A program made the position numbers and the translations under genes. Shown one piece after another: positions 45,726 through 59,199 of a stretch of DNA of 64,000 nucleotides. The DNA comes from Octopus vulgaris (taxonomy: Eukaryota), in NCBI GenBank assembly GCA_951406725.2, contig OX597821.1, forward strand, positions 10,726,001-10,790,000, in the 5' to 3' direction. A model generated the notes under the pieces. That model saw nothing but the letters and a program-made list of their open reading frames with translations, was not told the DNA's origin and did not search any database. Within the stretch, counting starts at the first letter, position 1. Each line of letters opens with the position of its first letter.

Positions 45726-46044
45726 TCCCTGGGTGTCCACTATGAAATTCCTGTAAAATCTATTTCTGTAGTGCAGTTGATACTATCACGCTTTGTGCGT
45801 ACATCAATACAGAGTGAAAAATGGTTCGCATTCGTGTTTCTCTTTAGTTTATTTTTCAAGGTTTCCTTCATTTTTAAGGTGTATTAGTCCCACGCTGATT
45901 CACTTTTTTTACATAGTGTACAGTCACTAGCAACGCCAGAATTTCACATAGCATAACATTTTTAATACCATATTTTGTATTATTGTATTGCAATGCTTTT
46001 GTGTTTGAGCTAAACTCCACAGATATGCGTTTTACCCTTCACAT

Positions 46045-47630
46045 AACATTTTTAATTTCCTTTTCTGATTGTTATACGACTATCAAAATATCTTCCAGCG
46101 GTTCGGCATTCTTCAGGATTAGCCTAGATAAACAATGCACGTGGCCAATTTTCTTAGAAGGAATGTACTCCAACCTAAAATTATAATTAAACAATATTGC
46201 ACACCAGCGTTAAAATCTGGTAGCTGTTTGGTAGGAATTCCTTTCTTTGATCCGGAAATTGATAGTAACGGTCGGTGGTACGTCTGAATCCAAAAAGCTC
46301 GACAGTGGAAAAATTTTTTGAATTTCTTCACAGAAAAATAACCGCTAGAGATTCGTTCTCTATCTGACTGTAGTTTTTTTCTACTGCAATCAGAGCACGT
46401 GATGCATGAACTGCCGCCTTCATATTACCGGCTTTATGTATGTGTAGCAAAATTGCTCCTACTCTATATTGAGAAGCCTCAGAAGCGAAAACAATCTCCG
46501 CTGCGGGATTGAAGTAAGCCAACAACAAATCTGAAATTAATATTTTCTAATATCCTGAAAAGTCTTTTGACAGTTATTTGGCCAATTCCATTTGGCATCT
46601 TTCTTGAGCAATTTATTTAATGGAGCTCACAATTCATATATGTAATTTTGATAATAGTTCGCTAAAAAAGCATGTAATGTCGCTATTTTAAACGAGAGGG
46701 GCATATTTTTAATTGCGCCTGCCCTCCACGGGCCAGGTCGTCTTCCATTTTAATATATAATTTTCCTAAACATTTTATTTTAGACAAAAAGATTCACATT
46801 TACCCTCACTGAGTGTGAAACCGTAAACTCTTATTTTTTGGGAAATATACTTCACATGTTCGATATTCAGACCGACCACGTGATTCATTTTTCATAAAAA
46901 TATCATCGATGTATGGATTTGCAAATTGATAGTCCACCAACATCGCATCTATAACCTGTTGAATTATTGCAGATGCGACCTTCAGACCAAATTTCAATCT
47001 ATTATATGCGTATAGTTCTCTGTACGTATTCACTGTTAGACGATTCGAGCATTCTTCCTCTAACTTAATTTCTAGATGCACATCAGACAGATCCAATTTC
47101 GAAAATACTTTGCCAGCTTTTAATTTTGCAATTTCCAGAGTAGGCAGTGGACAGTGGCATATTGTTTTACAGTAATTCAAACCAGGAGGAAAATGAGCAT
47201 ACACACATATTCTGTTATCTTTTCTAATACACGCAGTTAGTGCTGCCTACAGAGAATAATCTACTTTTTGAATAATTTCCAATTTCTCAAGTCTGTCGAA
47301 TTCATCCCCAACCTGCTTTATTGCAGCAAATGGTACATTGTGTGTACATCTGGTATGTTGGTTTTTGTTCATTTTTTATAAATCTTGATTTTTCCCTTAT
47401 GAGGTTTTCACGATAACTACTTGATATATTTTTATAAAGATTTTATCCTATTTTTAAATTGTAAATTTATCTGGAGTATATCAGTACTACATTTTATTCC
47501 AAATAAACACGTTGTACCGAGATGCAATTCGAAAAAGCTCGCCTTTTACATAGGTGTATAAAGGGTGAACAATTCTATATGCTACGCTGGATACTTTGGG
47601 TGTTCGTCTGGTTTTGTTGATTTTTGCTCA
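46045..47630 (-). mobile_element. Decayed Ty3/Gypsy pol (RT and RNase H)
   Basis: VPFAAIKQV, FSKLDLSD..FGLKVASAIIQQVID..YIDDI, ASEASQYRVGAIL..HASRAL..EKNYSQIENESLA, QTYHRPLLSISGSKKGIP. Confidence 0.9.
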
Positions 47631-48016
47631 TCTCTCTCTATATATAAACGGCAGTTTGTCTGTGCGTGTTTCTGTGTGTCTGTTTGCTTGTACCCTCACC
47701 CTGACCACGGCTTTCAACCGATTCTGATGAAACTTGACACACACATAGCCCAATGTCATAATTCAAAACTAACGCAGCGAAAATTTTGAAAAGTTCCCCC
47801 AGTTCTGAAAAAATCGATAAATTCGACATGGGGTCGAGAATCAGAAACACAAACCGCAAACTGTCTAGGGGACGCAGCTCCACCTTTTTTTACTCTCAAA
47901 AAAAAATTTACCATCATTTTTTTCCATTTTTTTGCTATTTTTTGGCTATAACTCTCTAAAAATGCTTTATAGTTATTTCCCTTACAAACCTGAGCAACGC
48001 CGGGCGATACTGCTAG
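47631..48016 (+). mobile_element. Non-autonomous Helitron
   Basis: 5' TC(tc)tatatataaa, subterminal GC-rich hairpin cctgagcaacgccggg, 3' CTAG, inserted between A and T with no TSD; second copy at 52152. Confidence 0.85.
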
Positions 48017-48308
48017 TTGTCTATAAATCTTGAATTATGCTTGCACTGAGGATTCAAAAGTGCATTTGCACAATAATTATGTAATCATGATATGCAGCTG
48101 AATTCTGATTTTAAGAAGCTCGCTTCAGAGTTGCATTTCCTCGTATTCGGTAATATGTGTTTATTTTGGCAGTTTTGACTTCAAGAGACCCTCCTAGCCT
48201 GTTGCATTTATGTATAATAATACCTTCAATATAAATTATATATATATATATACACACAAATGTGTGCATATATGTATGAATATATATACTCACACGCACG
48301 CATATATA

Positions 48309-48900
48309 TGGGGTCCAATGTTTAAATTGTCACCATCTTAAGTTTTAAAATTCGCGCATGAGCATTTTTAGCTTTTGATTTTGTCGACTATTCACTACGT
48401 CTGTGAGAATAGCAGCATCATGACGTAGTAAACACTAACAGAAATTTGGAAACGACATCTACTACTTGGCATTCGCGCTGGAAGTTTCAATACGAACATT
48501 TCAGAGTGTTTGTGTGTCAAACCGAGGACAGTGCTGAGGATACGGAAGAGTTAGATGAACCTAATGGTGATTACTAAGTTACGGCATCTCGAAAAAGCTA
48601 TCAAGGGTAAGAAGAAAGGCCACGTTACGAAGCTTTTGAATAAACGTGAGTACCCTCAACAACCCAAAATGCTTTGGTTTTTCTCAGACGAGAAAAATAT
48701 CTGCCTGGATCAAATGGTGAATACAGAGAACAACTTTTGTCTTGCCATTCAGTGAGCATCATGTTATATGGTGTTTCCACTAGAGATGGCGGCGTTATGT
48801 CTCCACTCATCTTCTCACGCTGACTCAGACGAAGGCCTACGTCAAGTGCTTCAAAGGAGGTAGTGCTGCCTTGGGTTAAAAGAGTTGCTACTGGAAGATT
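48309..48900 (+). mobile_element. Degraded Tc1/mariner-superfamily (maT/Tc1-like) transposase remnant
   Basis: MLWFFSDEKNICLDQMVNTENN, VVLPWVKRVATGR. Confidence 0.7.
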
Positions 48901-49032
48901 TGATATAATACATCGAACCATTCGAGCCCATGACATATTCTTAAAATCTAGTACTTATTCTATAGTCTCTTTTGTATGTATATATATATATATATGCATA
49001 CATACACATATACATGCATACATATTTACATA

Positions 49033-49086
<54 letters not shown>

Positions 49087-49093
49087 TATACAA

Positions 49094-49137
<44 letters not shown>

Positions 49138-49361
49138 GGAGCGGCAGTGCAATAGGCATCTAATCCATTTTAATATATATAAATATGCAAATTAAAACGA
49201 GAGTTCAGGCCCAGTAATGTAATTACGAGGAACAGAAATTTCATTATATCCTGGTAGGATATGGTATGTTAAATGTGACCGCATGCATAATTGTCATTAA
49301 TATACAAATGAATGTATAAATTATATATATATGTATATCTGCCTATGTATATATGCTCATA

Positions 49362-49398
<37 letters not shown>

Positions 49399-49399
49399 T

Positions 49400-49448
<49 letters not shown>

Positions 49449-49637
49449 GAACGTATGTTCTCAGATAAGATCGTATTTAAAAATATATTGGATTTTTTCT
49501 GTTATCTATGAGCAGGTACAAATATAATTATATATGAATTTAAAATAGATACACACACACATACGCGCGCGCATATATATATATATATTATATATAAATA
49601 CACACACACACACACACATACATACATATATGTATAT

Positions 49638-49673
<36 letters not shown>

Positions 49674-49674
49674 A

Positions 49675-49727
49675 ACATAAATTATTAGAGAGTTATCCAC
49701 TATGTGGATAACTCTAATAATTTATGT
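49675..49727. repeat. Near-perfect palindrome
   Basis: acataaattattagag(ag)ttatccac-tat-gtggataactctaataatttatgt. Confidence 0.9.
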
Positions 49728-50772
49728 ATAAATTTGTATTTTCTCCGTAGTTTTTTGTGCTAAGCCACTTGGTGTTAAATTAATGGTATTATTAAATTAA
49801 TACCGATTTTTCTACCCTCATTTATAATTATATATATATATATATATATATATACACGTGTATATACATACATATATAGGTATGTATATATATATATATA
49901 TATGCATGTGTATTTGTGCGTGTGTGTGAGTGTGTGTAATTATGTTTTGTTTTGTTTTCTTCTTAAACCTCTCATTTACTTTGTCTTTTTTATACACACA
50001 GTAGTGTATAGAAATATATTTACAAGTAACCATATATTTAGTTAAATCTAGCTATGTTATTATATCGTATGAAATATCTCGATTCGGTGGCTTGCAGCAC
50101 TGACAATAAAATAGTGATGGTGAGCGATAGATGCGTAGAGATAGGGATTATATATACATACATACATACATACATATATGCATACGTATATATATATATA
50201 TATACAAATATATGTATATACAAATATATATACATATGATGCCTTTCCATGTACACATATATTTACATATATACCAATCCATAGATACATACATGCATTT
50301 GTGATAAATGTATACTTCAGGTTGTGGCTGTCTTCAGAGACAATACGATGCGCGCGCACACACACACAGACACACACAGACGCGCGCGCGCGTGTGTGTG
50401 GGAGTGTTACGGCATGAAACTGATGTGAATTGATTTGTAGCTAAAAATATAATGAAGGCAAACAAACTGGTTAGATTAATATACAGAGAAACTGAAAGTA
50501 ATCTTTTTGCGATTCGGCAGTGAGTTTTTCTCGAATCTCAAATGTCTCATCTTTAAATAAGGGCCCATATATGGTCGCTTCTACTTATAACCATTTCAAG
50601 ACTTCATGTAATGAAGCAACTACATTGTGGAATGAAGATAAGGAAAATAATATCTCATTTTGATTGTGAAAAATCTTCTCGCATATATGTTTTTAAGTTC
50701 TCTCTATTGATTGTACCGGTAATATGCTGTTACCTGGTTGATTTCTTGTCTTCCAAATTGCTGCTTTACATA

Positions 50773-51644
50773 CGTGGTCTGGTTAATAAGTATCCGAACC
50801 GTTGCAATAAGAATGATGCTAAAGCACAGAGTGAAGCTGCTTGGCATAATTTGACCTTGCACTCTGCGTTGCATGCGTCCTAAGCTTAAAAGTTCTAGCT
50901 CACTTCTGCTGTTTGTAGTAGCACTTGCATGGAAGATATGTAGTGTGTGGTCGTCGCATTGAACATGACAAGGAAAGTTGAACAGAAAATCTGCATCAAA
51001 TGTTGCTTAAAGCTTGCCGATATCTACTCAGAGACCTACGCAATTTTTTTCAAAAATGTTCATCATTACCGACACAAAGAGATCTTGTGGAACTGAAACT
51101 CAAGTGTCGTTTTCGTCAACTGAAAGCAATGTTTTGCACAAACTTTGCAGACACGCAGCTCATACCCACATCTCCAGTGATAATGGACTAAACTGAATCG
51201 TAACTAGACTGCACATCCTCTCATAATTCACGGATGGTGATTTGACTATTTCCCCTCACAGCTGCATGCACGTAAGCGATATTTTTCTCAATTCTGCTGC
51301 TTGCGGATCTTCCAGAACGTTCGACATTATCGACATTTTTTCCGCCATCTTGGAAACGGCTGAGCCAGTCATACGTTTATGCGCTGCTCATACACTTCTC
51401 TTAATACACTTTGCAGTCTTCTGATAAGGTATCGCCATGAAAACTTACTCTGTCATGTTCAATGCGACGAGCACACCCGACACACCTTCCAAGCACTTCT
51501 CTAAACAGCGCGAGCTAGAACGTTAAAACTTAGTGCGCATGTACAACAGAGTTCAAGGTCAGTCTGTGCCGAGCGGCTTTACTGCGCGTGCTTTAGCCTT
51601 TTTACTATGGAAAAAGTCTGGATACTTATTGATCAAACCTCTCA
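50773..51644. mobile_element. Mariner-derived element made of two converging left ends
   Basis: Terminal IRs (..aataagtatcc..) flanked by TA; + arm MTRKVEQKICIKCCLKL; - arm WLSRFQDG..ERSGR..ITIREL..VSAKFV. Confidence 0.85.
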
Positions 51645-51732
51645 TATATACATACACATACATACATACATATATGTATATATATATACACACAGTCATA
51701 TATATATATATACACACACATATATTATAATT

Positions 51733-51920
51733 GCTTGTCATTAGACTGTGGCCATTCTGGAGCACCACCTTTAGTCAAGCAAATCGAACCCAGGACTTAT
51801 TCTTTGTAAGCCTACTACTTAATTAATCAGACCCTTTTTCTCAACCGGTAAGTTACGAGGGGGTAAACTCACCAGTATCGTTTGTCAAGCGATGTTGGGG
51901 AACAATCACAGACACACAGA

Positions 51921-51958
<38 letters not shown>

Positions 51959-52136
51959 TATATATATATACTTACAAATATACGACGGGCCTTTCAGTTT
52001 TCGTCTTTCGTCAGAAGGCTTTCGTCGGCCCGAGGCGATAGTAGAAGACAATCACCCAAGCTGCCACGCAGTCGGCCGAACCCACGACCTTGTGTTTGTT
52101 AAGAAAGCTACTTAGCACACAACCTCAACTACGCGT
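51733..52136 (-). mobile_element. Diverged SINE family A
   Basis: ggagcaccacctttagtcaagcaaatcg..ggacttattctttgtaagcc and internal (CA)/(TA) tract. Confidence 0.85.
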
Positions 52137-52151
52137 GTATATATATATATA

Positions 52152-52517
52152 CTAGCAGTATCGCCCGGCGTTGCTCAGGTTTGTAAGGGAAATAACTAAA
52201 AAGCATTTTTAGAGAGTTATAGCCAAAAATAGCAAAAAAATGGAAAAAAAATGATGGTAAATTTTTGTTGAGAGTTAAAAAAGGTGGAGTTGCGTCCCCT
52301 GTACGGTCTGTGGTTTGGGTTACTGATTCTCGACCCCATGTCGAATTTATCGATTTTTTTCAGAACTGGGGGAACTTTTCGAAATTTTCGCTGCGTTAGT
52401 TTTGAATTATGACATTGGGCTATGTGTGTGTCAAGTTTCATCAGAATCGGTTGAAAGCCGTGGTCAGAGTGAGGGTACGAGAAAACAGACACACAGAAAA
52501 CGCACAGACAAACTGCC

Positions 52518-52530
<13 letters not shown>
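52152..52530 (-). mobile_element. Non-autonomous Helitron, second copy (inverted)
   Basis: Reverse complement of 47631-48016 at high identity; CTAG end at 52152. Confidence 0.85.
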
Positions 52531-52584
<54 letters not shown>

Positions 52585-52710
52585 GTAAAATTAAATATTG
52601 GTTAAGAATTTAACAGATAGAATTATAAGAATTTATCAGATAGTTATCGTGAAAACCATATAAGGGAAAACTTTATATTCATTCGCTTTAGATGCTTCTA
52701 TTATATCAAG

Positions 52711-52912
52711 GGCATAACTACTCGTAAATACCTCACGCTATGAGGGGACTATTAAAGTCAAGTCCACCATAGTAAATATAGAGTGTTCCGAGAGCGACGG
52801 AATAATACTTGCAAGTCACCTGCGATTTCCAATTTGCATTCCCTATCCGTCGGTACACTGTATAGTTATTTTAAGTGTCCCTCATAACGTGAGGCATTTA
52901 TGTATAGTAATG

Positions 52913-52914
<2 letters not shown>
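52711..52914. repeat. Imperfect fold-back element
   Basis: ggcataactactcgtaaatacctcacgctatgagggg pairs with ccctcataacgtgaggcatttatgtatagtaatgcc; inner gacgg/ccgtc pairing. Confidence 0.75.
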
Positions 52915-52995
<81 letters not shown>

Positions 52996-53457
52996 GTATA
53001 TGTGTGTGTGTGTGTGTGTTTTATCTTTTACGTTACATAGTTCACTTACCAGACACTGCAGCCATGTTGGGGAACCACATTGAGGAGTTTTAGTGGAATT
53101 AATTAACTCCGGTACTTTCTTTTTAAGGTTGGCGTTGATTCTTGCTTTTTGAATTAGCACTTATGCATACACGCACGAAATCAAGTGCACCAATTATGCT
53201 TATACATGCAAATATTTAATATGGTTAAAGATCTGAGCCTTTGTATGCAGTGGTATATAATTATCCTGGTTTAGATTCACGAATTTAGACTCAGATCAGC
53301 ACAGAAGCTGATTTCTATGGCAGTACACAGAGTTGCTTGTCAGAGCTAAAGAATAATATACGGCTTTCTAGTTTTGCACTTGGTTAGGTGTTTGATTTGA
53401 ATGCAATATTGTTCCTTTGTTGATATTAATGTAAGAATTCAGTATCTGATGACTTCT

Positions 53458-53509
<52 letters not shown>

Positions 53510-54321
53510 CTTAACGAGTGATTTCCAAAGAGCCAAACTGATACTTGAATGATCAGAGGGTTACGGATAAATCATCAAACACAAGTGAGTTTCGGCCAGA
53601 ATAGTGTGTTTAGAGTAGATCCGATAACGTTTAATAAGCTCTATCTTTAGAAAAAAGATTACATAGTGGAAGATATATTTCGAAACTCAAAGAGGCGTCT
53701 GAAACCTGCATCACAACAGATCTGCGGGTGCAGATATTGGCCCTTGAACAATTCTTCTATGTGCAATTTGAATGATTCATTTTATCTATAAATATGCTGC
53801 GTACTGGAAGACACCAGATGACGAACGACGTTTGATGGATCTGAATACCAGGGAGGAAACGTTCCAACAAAATAACAATTCGGTCTGAACTAAAATCGAG
53901 GCACGTTACACAAGATGGACCAAATATGTACTGCTTCTCAGCAAAACCTTCGTCGATTTTTGGGGACGAAGGATTGAATTCAGTTGCTAAAACAACAAGC
54001 CATGACCTTGGAAAAACGAAGCAGAATTATACAAAAAGCCGAATACTGCCGAAGAACTAAGGGAGGCGTTGAATGAATACTAACGAAACAAAAACTTTAA
54101 TTATATTTTATGTACTTCCAAATCCACAAGCAATAATTTTGTCAGCTCAAGGCCACAGTACACCTTGAACCATGAAGATAGGAAGCAAGCTTCCTGCCAC
54201 AAAACCAGGCATGCACCACTTTCTGTCTATCTATCTATCTATCTATCTATTTATATATCTGTCATCTACGTACTATTTTTATCTCACTCTCCATATATGC
54301 GTGTGTGCACGCGTGGGTATA

Positions 54322-54374
<53 letters not shown>

Positions 54375-54406
54375 CCATATATATACATATTTATATATGT
54401 ATATAC

Positions 54407-54527
<121 letters not shown>

Positions 54528-56549
54528 TACGTGTGCATAGGAAGCGAAGAGGAAAACAGCGCATTTGTTTTCTTTTTGGTCATTTCTGACAAATATACAA
54601 ATATCGATATCAGTGAATACCTCTTGATGTATTCTAGAGATATACCGAAAGGATAACAGTAGATTATCTACCATTTCTATGCGCTGGAAGATTTATACTT
54701 TCTATTCATGATAAGGTAAAGAAAATTATGTTCAACGTATTGAACGAAATAAATATTTTGATTCTAAATATCTTGACGTAATAATGTCTTTGTCTCGAAA
54801 GGAAATTGTAACAAAATATTTGGCTATATACGCTTTTTCATATATATTTTATTTATTTATTTTCCACTCTCATATGTCTCATTTATATTCATTGTATCTG
54901 TTATTCTCTATCATATTGCAATAAGATTTACCAAACTTGGTATTTCCTTGCAGGATTCATATACGAACCAGATTGACAACGATAAGCAGCTGCAAATTCC
55001 TTTGAATTTCGTAATGTTAAAAGCACCCTGAAATATAGATATGGTATATATATATATATATTTATATAATTAAACATGAAAATACTTACAATACATAATA
55101 GCTATTGACAAATCTTTTCACATTGTTTCAGTGTGTAAAATAAAAAACAACAACAGAGTAACAAAATATGAAGAAAAGAAATTCCGAAAGTCAATGCTGA
55201 ATATTTCGTGAACGATTCAGAAAATTTCTCATTTGTTTACACTTCGAGTGCACTGATTTGTCATTCTTATGCGGAACCTGCCTCAGCATATTTTATTTAT
55301 CTGAAATGTATATGCACATTCTTAAATTCATAATATATGAGTATTAATCTATGTGAACAATACGACTCTAGTTAAAGTGTTATATGGCATCTCTTACTAG
55401 AGTGTAAAATATTGTGCACATGATATTCGCGGGATTTTAAATTCTGGAGATGACCTAAATATTTGTCTTCTAATTTAGCATGAGTAAGCTTCTGCCTTAA
55501 TGTAAATTCTCAGTAGTGAAGGATTTACTCATCGTTTGTTTTCCAAGAACAATTTCATTGATAAGAAATGGGTAACACAACGTCAGGAGAGAGGCAATTG
55601 TATGTGAGAGTACTATCTCGTATATTAGCTCTTGCTGGACCGTGAACTCTGGTTACAGGTTGTAACGAGCAAGGTGGTTGAGACAAGCATAAACTGTTGT
55701 GTCTGCAACTGAAAAGGAAATTGATGAGAGAGGGAATATGAAGTGATGAAAGACTGCAGATATTTAGTCCAGAATCTGTTGTTTGTTGTTTCTTATCCTT
55801 TTGGAAATATTTTAGAATACTTGTATTTGTATAAGCATCCTCGATGCAAATGGCGCGGCATCATTCCTTTCCGAGTCAACATTTGAAATAAGATGAAATT
55901 TTCCCTATCGCTAAAATGACCACCTCTCCCACAAACATTAGGATGCAGTGGGCTCAGAAAATAGCGTAAGACGCTTACATGGTTTGTGGTGCTTATTCGG
56001 GTTTTAGGTGTGAGTCATTCATTCTTTGATTTAGATAGTATCTTATGGAACGATATACTAAATTTGTATATTAGAATACACTATACGCCTCAGAACTAAT
56101 ATGAATGAAATATAAAATTCACATAAACGTAAATATTAAGTCAATGTACATGTTTGACAAAAGTTACCGTACCTGGCCATGTCCGGTGCATGAGGATCAT
56201 GACGCAGCTGATTACGCAGGGCAATGGTTGAAAAATGGGCACACCAATTCTGTAAATAATATAACGAAATATTAGTTCAAGATAATGTTTAGATATATGC
56301 GCCTGTCTATAAATGCATATCATATATATATATATATATAGAAATACTTGTTGATTAATATTTATGAACGGTAATTATCAAGAACTACACTATTCAATAT
56401 GATGTACCACACACAGCTAGATAACATCTAAGCACAACAACCTATACACCAATGGAGTACTGTAGTACAACAAAGAGAACATAGTTATTTGACATGGCCT
56501 ACTACAAAGCACGAATAAATTAAAGTTGCATTCAGTAGGAGGGTAGTAT

Positions 56550-56836
56550 TTTTTATTTATTTATGCGCCCTTTTCAAGCGTAGCCTTGCTCATCGGCCCG
56601 GTTTCCCGGTTTCTGTGGCGTATGTGTTCCCCACAGCTGGACGGGACGCCAGTCCATCGCAGTGTTACTCAAGAAACAGGAAGAAAGAGCGAGAGAAAGT
56701 TGGGGCGAAAGAATACAACAGGGGTCACCCCACACCGCCGGAGCCTTGTGGAGCTTTAGGTGTTTTCTGGGAATCGAAACCGCGATCTTCCGACCGCGAG
56801 TCCGCTGCCCTAACCACTGGGCCATTGCGCCTCCAC
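56550..56836 (-). mobile_element. tRNA-derived SINE family B with Meta/V-like central domain and 13-bp TSD
   Basis: Head gtggaggcgcaatggcccagtggttaggg..ggtttcgattccc; ctgcgatggactggcgtcccgtccag; (taaa)n tail; TSD aggagggtagtat at 56537-56549 and 56837-56849. Confidence 0.92.
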
Positions 56837-57414
56837 AGGAGGGTAGTATATTGATGGAGTATTTCAAATAGTGAGAAACAGCAAATATTTCATCAGGGAT
56901 GGACGAACAGATATGCCATAATAATAAAATAAGCATACACTCATCCTCTTTCTTTAGATTTTGAAAAGAATTTCTAAATTATAAAGCTTACAGTTTTGAA
57001 ATCATCTTTATTTACGACGGTGTTTTGGCTTCAATACTTATCGTAATATTTGTCTACTTCGGTTTTCTTTTTTTTTTCTTACTGAAAATCAATGACGAAG
57101 AAGACTGATATGATATTCTTTGCCTCGTACAACTTTCCATAATTCCTAAGGATTAATGCAACTAAGACTGAATAAGCTGAGGAATTTACAGAGCAATGCA
57201 GCGGATGAATGTTTTGAAACAAAAGACGTTCATAGTATACATTTGGAATCGGCATAAGGAATTCCTCTTATGAATAAGCACATTCAGAATCATGAAACTA
57301 TCGTTTACTGCTATAAAAATACGCATGCGTATATATGTATGCATGCATGCATGTATCCATGTAGGTATGTGGGGGTCTATGTTTGTACAGAGAAAAACAC
57401 TTGTAGTATATCAA

Positions 57415-57473
<59 letters not shown>

Positions 57474-57511
57474 ATAAAAATGTAAGACAACAAAAGAATG
57501 AAAGACACCTC

Positions 57512-57547
<36 letters not shown>

Positions 57548-57604
57548 AATATAGGTAGGTATGTATATATGTGTATATATATATAGGTGTGTATGTGTAG
57601 ATAA

Positions 57605-57635
<31 letters not shown>

Positions 57636-58147
57636 AGTATGTACGTATAGCTATGTATGATCACCACTATGGCTCCAAATGGCATGTAAGCCAAGATTTT
57701 TAATACGAAGTAAGCCATTGTGCTATCAAGCCACTTAATACCTGCGTTCATTTATGTATTTGCAGAACGATATTATCCGGCAAAATTATACAACTGCTAT
57801 TGTAGATTTGGAACCACTATGTTTGTAAAACAGGCTTTAAAAGTACAGCAGCAACATGTTTAATCCAATTATTCCAAATACTCATACTCTACTGTGCTTT
57901 AATACCGTAGATATATATTTGTGGGTGTCATTGTGTGAGTGTTTGTGCGTCTGTGTCTCTCTGCGAGTGTGTCTCTACATGTATATAGCACAACTATCCG
58001 CTTTTATCGTATAAGCCGGTATGAGTCAGGTGGTTTGACAAGATCTGTTAGTGTTTATTGATAGAATTACACTGAAATGTCTTGGTCGGCACGGTCTGTC
58101 CAGCTCCTTGTTTGCATTTGTGTTGGTAAGCGTGTGCACGCCCACTG

Positions 58148-58602
<455 letters not shown>

Positions 58603-59199
58603 CCGCGCAAACGTATGTGTACGCGTGTGTGAGTATGTGTGTGTTTGTGTGTGTGTGTAGAACATAAAAATTCAGGAGGTATGATAGATGAACATATTCA
58701 TGTCAGTAGTTGAATCTAATAATAATAGTTTATAATTTAGCATTTGATAAATTGTCTTGCAGCTCTGTAATAATACATCGCATAGTACTATTAAATATTT
58801 TCAAATCATTGTTGATATAGAAAGTTAGTTCTTAAGATTAACAGAACATCATGGTAACGTCGATTTTTTAAAATCCTGTGCATATCTTCCCTATATACAT
58901 ATACATATAAATCTCCTACACACATATACATAGGAGATTTATACACAAAAATAAACATTACTGTTACCAGATGAAGGCAACGAATTGGCCGTTATCCTAC
59001 AGATATGAACTAGTGAAATAAATATATTCACCTACCATATCTACTTTTGTTGTTGTATAGTTGCATATACAAGTGAAGAAACATTTTCATTTATTGGATG
59101 TATTACATTTCAGCTGCATAGAGCTCTACATTATACAGTCCCGTATATGGTATGCAGGGAGATCTGCATACTATATACGAGAGGGTTTTTTTTCTAACT

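Noticed and set aside
51990-52030. CTGACGA..GAAA hammerhead core on the minus strand
   Set aside because: Lies in a diverged SINE A copy, lacks flanking stems and is absent from the other copies.
58907-58942. 12-bp-stem hairpin ataaatctccta/taggagatttat
   Set aside because: Short, AT-rich and isolated; no supporting context.
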